Positions 52,399 to 64,000 of a stretch of DNA of 64,000 nucleotides are shown here, piece by piece (within the stretch, counting starts at the first letter, position 1; each line of letters opens with the position of its first letter). Source of the DNA: the human T2T-CHM13v2.0 reference genome, Homo sapiens; NCBI RefSeq assembly GCF_009914755.1, contig NC_060926.1. One strand, given 5' to 3'. Position numbers and translations under genes: made by a program. Under the pieces are notes generated by a model. The model was not told where the DNA came from, made no database searches, and saw only the letters and a program-made list of their open reading frames with translations.

Positions 52399-54498
52399 TT
52401 AGACGCCATTTCTCATCTACCAGATTAGTGAAAACTAAAAAGAATGACAGCTAATTCTGTGCAAGGCACCTTCAGATACTGCTGGTAAAAATACACACTA
52501 GCATAGCTCTTCTTCTGAAGAGCAGTGCCTAATAAATTGACATATGCACTTATCTTTTGACCCAACAATCCCACTTCTAGGAATCTTCTCTAAAGAAGTT
52601 TATCCATTTTAGGAGTGTTTGTAATTGCAAAATATTGCAAGTAGCCTAAATACCCATGCAGGAGAATGATGAATAGATGATGGTACAGCCACACAATGGA
52701 GCAGTACTGTGTCACTGTAAGAAAGAATGAGGAAAATCGCTGAACTACTTGCAGTGCAATTAAGGGAATTAAGTATGAAGAGTATCTATAATATGCTACT
52801 CTTTATGAAGCAGGGAAATACAGGCACAGATGTCAACTTAATGTGTGAAAGAAATACCAGAATGATAAACTAGAAACTATTGAAACTGGTTTCTTACAGG
52901 GAATACATGAGAATGGGGTAGAAAGATTGGGAGTAATGGGAATAAGATAGTAGGGATAGGGAGCAGCACTTCTCTGACTATAGTTTTTTATATGACTTTG
53001 ACTCTCAGAACCCTGGTAATTTTTTACGTAGTCTCCAGAAATAACATAAAATAACTTAGATGTTGGCAAGTGTGGAGAAAGGAGCCCAAAATGTAATGCA
53101 AGCACTAACAGATGAACAATATTAACTTGATTTATGAAGTCAATGAATAACACTGACTTGAGTGGGGAAGAAAAGAACTAAGTAACTTTGGAAAACAGTA
53201 TTTTGATTAGGCATTCTAAAGCTAAACACAAGACAAAAAACAAATATTGTAAGTAGTAAATGTGTTTCTCACAGAGGTATCGCTTAGGAATTCTGAAACT
53301 GCCTTTTGTGTAAAGTTTTAAAAATAAGTGAATATATTGTAGATAATGAAAGTCAGACTTCTCATTGTTGTATAAAGAAGTTACAGATTAAGATAGTAGG
53401 CTAGAATTAACCCTGTGTTCATTGACTGGAGTTTGAGGTATCCATATGAAGTCGTGGTTTTTAATATATATGTATATATGATGTATGAATACAAAAATAC
53501 ATAATACAGATGTGTGAATATGTGTATACTGTACATACACATATTCCCGAGCTCTGTCCTGAGAGAGCCAGAGGAATGATATCCTAGTAAGCACATTAGT
53601 GTTCGGATCTTCTTTAAATGCCATTCTCCAGTAAAGGGAACCATGGGTCCTTCGAAAAATGGTTGAGTCTGGCGCAAGAATAATACAAGATGTGCCTGGA
53701 ACATCACGTGGCGCCAGAAAGTAATTCAAAAAATGATTAGGGCATGTTGAAAGGACAACAGGAACCAATCTGTTGGAACTCCCAATGGCCCAAAGTGGGA
53801 TAATTTGAGAAACAAAATAATGAGAATATTAGATTGTAACCCACAAAATAAAACACATGTACAGGCATTTAGGTAGATAAGATAGATGGGAGGGATAGGA
53901 AGGACAGCTCTTCCTTACATGGAATTCCAATTAGCATAGATGAAAAGAGAGAAATAAAAACCATCATTAGGCAGACAACACTATGATAAATATTGCATGC
54001 AAGAACTATCAGCAGATACTCAATGGAGAAGTTGTGATGAAAAGCAGGATATTTTCAAGGTCACAAAATATCTCCCCACAAGATATGAATTACAAAGAGA
54101 AAAATGGTAACTATGGGGTGGCGGGGGGGGGTGGAAATGGCAGATACCACCTTAACCAGGTAAAGTAGAAGTCACTAGTAATCTGAGACACGCCAGCGTC
54201 ATGTGTTCCCTGATGCACTGAAAGGGCACAATTTCACTTCCGCGGTATCCCTACCAAAAATGCCTAAGTTCAGTCTAATCATGAAACTGGTGGTGTTTGC
54301 TTAAGGAATCTAAATAAGGTCTGTAGATTAGTTAATAGTGTTACATCAATGTTAATTTTCTGATATCAGTAATTGTACTATAATTTTGTAACACATTATA
54401 AGGGGAAGTTGGATGAGGTATATACAGGAAGTCTGTGCTATTTTTGCAACTTTTCTCCGAGTCTAAAATTATTTCCAATAAAACATCTTTAAAAATAG

Positions 54499-54795
54499 GG
54501 GCCGGGCATAGTGGCTTGTGCAGCACTGTAATCCCAGAACTTTGAGAGGCCGAGACAGGCGGATCACTTGAGCCCAGGAGTTCAAGACCAGCCTGGGCAA
54601 TATGGCAAAAACCTGTCTCTACAAAAACTAGCCGGGCATGGTGGCATGCACCCTTTAGTCCTAGCTACTCGGGAGGTTTATGTGGGAGGATGGCTTGAGC
54701 CCAGGAGGTGGAGGTTGCAGTGAGCTGAGATCGCACCACTGCACTCCAACTTGGGCAAGAGGGACACCCTGTCTCTAAATAAATGAATGAATAAA
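54499..54795 (+). mobile_element. Alu (AluJ-type)
   Basis: ggatcacttgagcccaggagttcaagaccagcctgggc. Confidence 0.93.
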
Positions 54796-55019
54796 TGATA
54801 AAGGTTTGAGGTACCAGGTATCTATTGTTACCTAAACTCTTGTTATCTGAGCTCAGAAGCCAGAAAAATTTTCATGACATAGTAAGCTTTGCTATCAGGG
54901 CTCTCACTATTTGAACTAAGACTGAATAGAGTCACAAGAGATACTTGTATTTATTATTGGTTTTTTTTGCAATATTATTGGAATTTGTTCTAAATAGAAT
55001 TTATTCTTATTCTCCTGGA

Positions 55020-55610
55020 GTCAACCATTGATTTCTTTGCTTGTTCTCTTAATATACTCTCCCTTAGAGGACTCATCCATTTGATTGGCATCAGCTGTCA
55101 CCCTTTAAGTGAAAAATCTGTACATGTCACTCTCCTAATTGTCTTCATTATCTCCCTAATGAGTTTCAGGAAAAGTCCCAGCTCTTAAACTTCACTCACA
55201 AGGCCTTGCCTGTCTGCTCCTACTTACATCTTCAGCTTTATTGTTTTAAAACAACAAACTCTTAGCTTTCCTTGAACTTGCAGCTCTTGCCTTGCTGAGC
55301 TACTCTGAAATTCACTCATTCCTTGAACTTGAAGCTGTTGCCTTGCTGAGTTACTTTCAGATCCACTCTTCCTAATGCTTTTTGGATCTTGTTCATATTG
55401 TTCTTTCTTCTTCTAATTCTTTGTCTTATTTCTTTCCCTGGCTAATTCTTTCAAATGATAGCTTAAGTATTAGTTCCTCCACAAAACATTCTTTGACCTT
55501 CAAAGACTGGCTTTCAGTGTCCCCCTCAGATACTTCCATGGCATCCTTTAGTTCCCCTGTCCTGGCACTTACTACTCTATTATAATGCTTATATCTTATA
55601 CTAGACCATC
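55020..55610 (+). mobile_element. L2 fragment containing a ~51-bp tandem duplication
   Basis: tatactctcccttagaggactcatcc..aaagtcccagctctt..cacaaggccttgc; duplication at ~55268-55372. Confidence 0.6.
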
Positions 55611-56565
55611 TATGGTATGAAGAATAAATTAGAAGGCAGCAGAACCATTTTAAAGGCTGGAGACCAGTAAGAAGCCTCTTGGGGAAATCTAAGCAGGAAC
55701 TAATAATGGTTGCCTATATTAAGGTAGTAGTGAGGATGGAGCCCAGAGATACTGTATGAAGAAAGTGGGGTATAAGATCCTTGAGAGCATTGTCTGTCCT
55801 GTTTCCCTGTAGATCCACAGTAGGGGAACTCTCATGCGTCCTTCCTTATACTCATAATTCCAATTCCATTTCCCACCTGTGGAACATTTCACTTTACCTT
55901 TAACGGTCTTGGTGCCTTATTTCTATAATTATCTGTGTAGTCTTTGAGGCTGGAACTTTGGATACCTCATTTCACCATTGGTTGTGGACTGTTGATTGAC
56001 CTCACCTGACTGACTAATACCACAATCTTTCCTCACCACTTATTAATAGTATCTCCTCTCTATGACATGTTAAGTTGAAGAGGATGATTTAGGATTGTTT
56101 ATTTGCTTAATGCTTGTTTACTTGCTTTTGGTGAGTGGTGAACAAGAGTAGAAATTAGTATTTTTGCCCCTATCCCAGTTGACCATGCCGAATTTCCTAC
56201 TTCTAGTGGCATCAACATTCTTTTATTTATCCAGGTTTTCAAGTTTCTGAATTTTTATTAGCCTTCTAAGTTTTACTTTGAAGTATCTCTCCACTGTCTT
56301 CATTTTTCTTTCCCAGTTAACTCTCTGACCTTAACTCATGGTACCTTATGTCTAAATTATTGTAAAATCTCTCAGTTTATGTTCTTAATTTCTTTGCATC
56401 ATTATCCTCAACTTAGATTCATAAGAAGTATATTGACTCTAAGCCTTGACATCAAATTATCTTGGTGAATTGATTTTTCCTCAGAATTTTAAGGACTAAA
56501 TGAGATAATAGATGAGTGCTTTGTAACTGTATATCCCATATCTCTTGATTTATTCCCTCCTTTTA

Positions 56566-56876
<311 letters not shown>

Positions 56877-57419
56877 TTATTTAGTCAATGGTTTTAATTT
56901 TAATGAAAATTAAAAATGGATCATAGGAAGTGAATTTCTTACCTCCTTTTAGGTTATTACAATTTTATGTTCAGTAAAAGCAGAATCTTAAGGGAATGAG
57001 GAAGCTTCCAGAGTTGAAATGCCTTGGTCGTTTTGTGTCCCTGGGCTGTTGGCAGTGTGACTCTGCTACAGAATACCACTTGGGGAGATCAGCTTACTCA
57101 GTACAGGGTGCAGGGAATGGGGGAAGTCTGGAGGGCCAGAAACCCACACTGCGTGGTATGGAGTAGTGGAAAAGAACCCTCCCTTAGGAGGATAACATCC
57201 TCTGCAGTCTATTTTTATATTTCAAAGTGAGGTATTTTTACTTCAAATTACAGTACTGTATATAGTTAATAGGAGAATGTTGTATATTTGCTAATAGAGG
57301 ATTATTGCTATATAATGGTCTCCTTCTGCCCCTGTAACATTGTAAAGAAAAAATAATCCTAACCAGTTTTTAAAATGTTTTAAATTCTTAATAAATAAAA
57401 AATGCTGCAGTAAATATAG

Positions 57420-58130
57420 ATCTTTACTTCAAAAAGAAAAGGAAAGGAGGCCTACTGGAAAGGGTTACACAGAAAAGTTTAAAGTTATAAAATAGACACA
57501 CAGATAGCCTTCTGTCTTCACCAGTTCTTAACATTTCGGCACATTTGCTTTCTCTCTCTGTGTGTGTCTCTGTTTCTCTGGCTAATGTATTTTTATCACA
57601 CCCAAGAAATTTAACGTTTATAAGATGTAATCATTTAATATACCAACCATGTGTATACTGCTTCAGTTGCTCCTCAGATTCCTGAATCTAATCAGATATA
57701 ACACTTTGCATTTTGTTTACCGGTCTCTCTAGTCTTCTGTAATTTTCCCAGTTTTTTCCCATAATACTGATTTTTTTTTCAGCATTAAAGCTAGCTCTCT
57801 TGTAGAGTAGTCCACAGTCTGAATTTATCTGATTGTTTCATGATTAGATTCAGATTAAATATTTTTGGAGAAATACAGCATAGGTGATTTTTTTTCCCTG
57901 TTGCATTATATCAGGAGGCATGAAAGGTTAGCCTGCATGATTATTGGTGATGTTAAATTTGATCACTTGATTAAGGTAGAGTCTGCTGGTAGAAAACATA
58001 CCTTTGAAATTAAAAGTTATCAGTAACCAAAGATTATCTTGTTCAATGACCATCTCTCATCTAATAGGTTTTGTCATTTATTTATGATCCTTGCCAGAAT
58101 CAGTGATTACCTTAGTGGTTGCAAAATATT
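57420..58130 (-). mobile_element. Old L1M 3' fragment
   Basis: gatttttt..tcatgattagattcagattaaat..attggtgatgttaaatttgatcacttgattaagg. Confidence 0.65.
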
Positions 58131-58532
58131 GATTTTCTACTTCAAGAGATGTGTTAAATTTCTTTTAAAAATTGTTACCCTAAGATGGCCCTTGGCTATA
58201 GTAATCATTTGCTCTTTTTATTTAGAATGTATTAGGAAGTATGTGAGAGGATTAGGTTCAAATGTTGTCTTTACCTGTAAAGGTTGAGATCTTTAAAAAG
58301 TTCCGCAAGAGCTAAGCCACCAGAAAAATAAAGAAGAAAGTTTATCAGCCATGTTAGTAATTCGATTTAGATAATTAAATTTCTGATGTTAGTCCCATAG
58401 TTGCCCCAGTTCCTATCATTCAGATGGGTATTATCTTTTTACCTTATAACCACAGTTAAACCCTGTAGAGTCAATATACTTCTATTTTTGCAGAAGTTGC
58501 TGGACATTCCAAAATGGATAGCACAAAATTTA

Positions 58533-58871
<339 letters not shown>

Positions 58872-60799
58872 TTAACTCAAATTTCTGTTATTGAGGATTT
58901 ATTTGAAAGTTTTCATTACCTGACCTCGGTAGCATGTTTAAGCACAGTTCCACAACATCATTAGAAACCTAAACCTGTTTCATATTTGTGTTTTAACATT
59001 TGTAAGGTAGAGACACAGCCAACTCATACAATTACCAGTGTAGCATCCAAAAAGAATATTAAAAGATAAGATTCTGTCTTACTAACAAGTTGTAGATTAT
59101 TCCTAAATTAACGGTTTATTATCACTAAAGCTCACTATTAACAGCGAAGTTACTTCCCTTCATAATTAGAGGAAGGCCTCTACTTGACAGCAATAAAACT
59201 GTATTTTAAGATATTTTTAATTATGACTTTTCACTAATTCACAATTACTTGAGTTTATAAGGCCTACCTAACAATTTCCAAAGCTTGGAGAGAGAGAGAA
59301 TCTTTTGAAATGTAGTAGAAAATATTCATTTGTTTTTGCTACAGTGTAAGTGGGTTGCTTCATTATTCTGCATTTTAGCTTGTCCATCTGTTTCATAACA
59401 AGAGTTTCTGTTACAGTTTTTAAGAAAAGCTGCCTTGAAATATGTTTCTCATAAGTAACAAAGATTTTATCTGAGAAAAAAATCATTTATACCCTTTGGC
59501 AAAAGCAGTAGCTCTTTATGGAAAAAAGTTAGGAGCTTGGATATTTGTTTCTTGGGTACCTAGGCTGGCACTTGATTTTTACCAGAAAGTTCAGGGTGCA
59601 GTAAAAGATTGTACACTGGAGAAATTTTAGGTAAATCAGCGGGAAGCTTCTCAGATAAGTCTCAGTGTTGTTAGCTGCCTCATCACCTTTGTTGTTTGAA
59701 GATTTAGGAAGATTTTGTGGATTTCTATGTATTTTTAACAATCTACTTCTAGGGCCGAGTCTATTTTTGGAAAGGTGTTAATATTTTTTCACATTATACT
59801 ATAAAGCTGGTATCTTTTAGTGTTTGTCAAGTTGGTATAAAGAAACTGCTGGTTTATTAATCCGTAAGGTTGTGTAAACTCTACATGACTTAACATTTTA
59901 GTGACATAGAAAAGTGGGATTTCTGGTTGGTGTACAGATCTTTCTTCACATCGTGCAGGTAACGTATGAGCATTGTCTGATGGATCCTTACAACATTCCT
60001 GTATGCTTTTGGAAAGTATGATCTTTGTTTAACAAAATGGGAAACAGAGGCACATGCTATACCCAGCTATCACAGAAAACAATAGTTAGAATCCAGAAAA
60101 CATACTCATCTGGTTTAGTGTGTTGCCCAATAGATGCAATTAGTATTCTGTTTTATCTTATTTGTTTGCCTTATAATTATTAAACATTGTTTTTTAAATT
60201 TGGTTTTGGTTGATTCCTTTTCTTCTAAGTCCGCCACTTGAGCTAATATAGCCAACAAGCATCTGACATGAGGCAGAATTGTCCTCGGATCACAGTTCTA
60301 TTGCTATCTCCATCTGTTGGTATGAAGAAGTAATGCTCTTGCCAGAATAAGCAAGCTTCTTTTAATTTTAGCAAAAACAGATTAAGAAATAAGGAATTGT
60401 GCTGTTAATTCATTTTCTTTGTGACAGGTAAAGTCAGTTGGAAGATGCAAAACTGTCACAGGAAGTTAGCTATTACAGACAAATTGCCTTTTTTTAAGGC
60501 TTTTTGTTAGTAATACTAAAAGTGTCAAAGAGAGTAATTTAAAAATGATATATTAACCATACCTAAATTATTTATGGCTTGTTCTTTAAGGAATTATAGA
60601 AAAATATGGTTGTCTCAACTTTTTTTCTTCAACCTGGGATCAGGCATTGTTGTGCAACAATATTTTAATAGCGAGAAATCTCAAAAATCCTGACAGTCTT
60701 TGCATATTCACAGTTTCATGGGCTTTTGCATCATTGCTTCTGAATTGCTAATGAAGAGCTCAATATAGCTTCTGATGCATTTCAGATATTCTGGGTGGT

Positions 60800-61033
60800 G
60801 ACTGGCTAGAGTGTTACTGACATCACAACATACAGCTGTTGACTTTCTATTGTCTGAGTCCTCCTCGGCAAGTGCTTTAGACTGCTCTAGCAGGCACTCC
60901 CAATGCCAGACTAATCAGCTGGATGTGTGCAGTGAGCTCTATAGAGGAGCAATGCAGAGCATCAGTTTACAGGTACTATGGAAAGAACATCTCCTTAACT
61001 CTGTATGATGAAGCAAATACCAATACAATGAAG
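60800..61033 (+). promoter_or_regulatory. R3HDM1: Probable alternative CpG-poor promoter / first exon of R3HDM1
   Basis: Locally GC-richer unique block with TGACATCA (60818-60825), two CAGCTG E-boxes (60833, 60916) and donors CAG|GTACTA (60972) and AAG|GTATGT (61033); matches my recollection of a downstream R3HDM1 start site. Confidence 0.5.
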
Positions 61034-62269
61034 GTATGTGACTCAATTCTTTTGCTAAATTTGTATAGAATGTAATCTGATACATGAAGTATTCATGTTC
61101 ACTTAGTACCATAATTTTTGTTAGAGGATGTGTGATAAAATTCTACTATATTGAAAGTGAGAGCATTTTAAAATTGTCTTTGTTTATTTTTGCAAAAATA
61201 TATTTGTTTAGGTTGGTGGAGTGAAAAGTAGAGTCATTTACTTCTCAGCTGTAGCACCAATTTCTTCTCCCCACCCCTCACATGTTTGATATTTCTTGTA
61301 ACTTACTGATAGAATGGTTTACCTGTGTGCTAATTGGTATTTGTGTATAGCACAGCAAATTGTCAGCTGGAAAAATGACTTCTCTTTCAAGTTCATCTTA
61401 AAATAGACATACTATATGGCTTGTTGAATTTTAAAAATTTTATTGTGGAACAAATACAATGTGAATGAGACTTTTGGAAATTAAGAAGCTAAGAATCTTA
61501 ACTTTCAAAACTCATGGTAACGGTTTTCTACCCTTTTGGGGGAAGAGGTAGAATAATTTTTAAAGTGCTTGTAACAGCAAAACCTAGATCTGTCATTGCT
61601 ATGATTAACATAATCAGATATCACATTGCAAAAGAGAGCAAATGCTAATCAAACTATGTAATTTTTGAGGAGTATCTTATTCCTAATTATACAGTCTGAA
61701 AACTTTGACATTTACCTTGATACTTTGATTCCTCAAAAGTGAAATCTCATCATGTAGGTGATACTGAATGACTAACACATGTCCATTAGTGTAAAATTGA
61801 ATTGTTTAGAAGGTTTTTGAGAGTTTTGCTTGCTTTTTATCTGGAATTAGCTGAAATTTTAACAGCATTTGGAATTGTTATGATATGAATTCCTTCCCCC
61901 TCCATTTACAAAACAATTATTTTGTTCTTAAGAAATAATTCATCTCTTTTCTAGAGGAAATAGGAAGAAAATCACTAAATGGCCTTTTATCAACGCTGAA
62001 TGTCATTGCTCTTTCTTTTGTCTATTTCTGATTCCCAACTGTGTAAGTAATTAGGGTCATGAAAATATTAATAGCTATTATTAAAATTAGGGTCTTCTAT
62101 CAGATGCATTGCTTCACCCTAATGCCAAGAGAATTTCATTATTTTTAAGCCTCAGATTTTAAGTTTTTTCTTGAGAACTATAAAAGAAAAAATTAAAATA
62201 AGCAACACATACTCTCAGTTCTTACTTACAACTGCTTTTATCCATCCTTTGTCATATTCTGCTTTGCTT

Positions 62270-62950
62270 TTTCATACTTTTGCTCATTTTCATTTCTTCT
62301 TTTTCCTTTAGGATTCTGTTTGTCTGTGCGTCTCTATCTTGCCCTCCCTCTCTTTTTCTGTTTGACTTTCTGAATATTTGTCTCTCCCTCTTGATTTATC
62401 TCATCTCTCCCTCCATCTTCCATTCTCCCTATCCCCACCCATTTTTCTCCCCCTCTCCCTCTACATTTGTCTTTCCTACTTTGTCTCAGTCTGTCTCCCT
62501 TTTTTGTTCATCTACCTGGTGTTTCAGGGTGTCTCTCCCTTTCTGACTAAATCTATCTTAATCTCTCTCTCTCTCTCTTTTATCTTTCTACCTCCCTCCT
62601 TCCTCTTTTCTTTCTCTTTCTGTCTTTCCTTTTCTGCCCCTCTGACTCTCTCTCCCTGTCTGTTTCAGTATTTCCCATTCTCTGTCTCTTGCTTTCCCAC
62701 TGTGTCTTGGTCTCTTCCTGTCCCTATCTGTTAGTCTCTGTCCATCATTCCCTCTTCCTTTGTCTGTTTCTCTATGTGCCCTTCTTTCTTCTCCCTCTCT
62801 CATCCTTTTGCTCTTTCTCTCTACCTTTCTGTCTCTGTGTGTCTCCCTGGCTACACCTCTTTCAGTCTCTCTGCCTCCGTCCTTCCCTCTCTTGGCACTC
62901 TGCTCCCTTTCCCACCCTACTCCCAGATCTTTCTCTTTTCTGTCTAAGCT
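62270..62950 (+). repeat. CT-rich low-complexity polypyrimidine tract (~700 bp)
   Basis: Plus strand overwhelmingly C/T, with imperfect (TC)n/(TCTG)n units. Confidence 0.93.
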
Positions 62951-64000
62951 TCAGTCACACACATTCACTCTGCAAATTTTCATTCTCATACAGGTTTTCA
63001 GTTCATTGGAGCCAGATCTGCACTTAAATTTAAATTTTTTGGTGAATTAATAAACCATTAGATAAAGAAATTAAATACTATATTTTAAATAAACATGATT
63101 TACTGTTTGCTCAGTTTTTTAATTTTGAGAAACTTATGCTTGAGGTCTTATAAGTGGATTGAAGTCATTATTTAAAAATTTTTTGTCTTCTAAAGATATA
63201 TGTGTTAGGCTACTATTAAAGGGAATTATTTTTCTCTTAAAGGATTTTTCCATTAATTTTTAAGATTTATAGAAAGCAATTTAAAATTTTTTCCTTTTAA
63301 GGATACATAAGATAATACCCCACTTCATAGTTATATTTCAGATTATGGGTAAACTTGTATTTAAAACTTGTATTGACTTTTTTATACCATCTGTATTTTT
63401 CAAATGTGTTAACAGCAGATATATGCTAGTATTTTCTTCTTTTGTTTTTAACCTCTTGTTTTGAAATAATTATAGATTTATAGAAAGTTGCGAAAACAGT
63501 ACAGAGAGTATTTTTTAATGTTTTCCTCAAGATTTTGTATTTTGTATCTGAGTATTTAAAATAGAAGAACAGACGCTCATTTAGCATTTACGTGTTTAGA
63601 TAATCACAAACCTAGCAACTGTCATTATATTGTTTTCATTTTGTAAAGCAGATTAAAATACCATTTGATTCAAGCATAGTATATATTAATAGCAGTATGG
63701 CTTTGTCATAACTAGCATAAAGCTATCAGGAAAGAAAATTAGATTTACAAGTAACAAGTTATATATATAAAGTATTCAAGAAGCAAAGAAAGATGTATAA
63801 GATGAAAATCTTCTCAGAGCTGAGTTAAATGTCATTTTCACATACAGCTCTTCCTCCTCTGAAATTATGTAGCATTCCTTGTTTCTGCATTCTTTTGATG
63901 TCTCTCCTGCTTTGTATAGTTTTCATCTCTGCTCTGTGATCCCCCTCTGGTTGTAGGGGACAAAAGGTGGAAATGAAACAGAACCAACAAAATCATCATC

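Noticed and set aside
62280-63050. Long Ser/Leu/Phe/Pro-rich ORFs
   Set aside because: Artefact of the CT-rich low-complexity tract.

Overview
Primate (very probably human) genomic DNA. About half or more is interspersed repeat: ~46 Alus, old L1M/L2/L3/MIR fragments, Tigger/Charlie/MER DNA transposons and several LTRs. A CpG-island bidirectional promoter lies at ~4.9-6.8 kb. From recollection of the 5' UTR sequences and head-to-head layout, I identify it as the ZRANB3 (- strand) / R3HDM1 (+ strand) promoter at 2q21.3; a BLAT search should confirm this. The window holds the non-coding first exons of both genes, ~5.6 kb of ZRANB3 intron 1 and ~58 kb of R3HDM1 5' intronic sequence, including a probable alternative R3HDM1 first exon at ~60.8-61.0 kb. 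I find no convincing protein-coding exon: nearly all listed ORFs are Alu, L1, Tigger or low-complexity artefacts. I found no evidence for a new multi-gene biological system. The most notable observations are a candidate ~730-bp fossil inversion that splits an L3/CR1 element at a 5-bp inverted microhomology, a perfect 18-bp hairpin, a strong-Kozak poly-Ala ORF in the CpG island, a nested triple-Tigger cluster, a degenerate U6 retrocopy and a ~700-bp polypyrimidine tract downstream of the alternative promoter. Repeat boundaries and subfamily names were judged by eye and are approximate.
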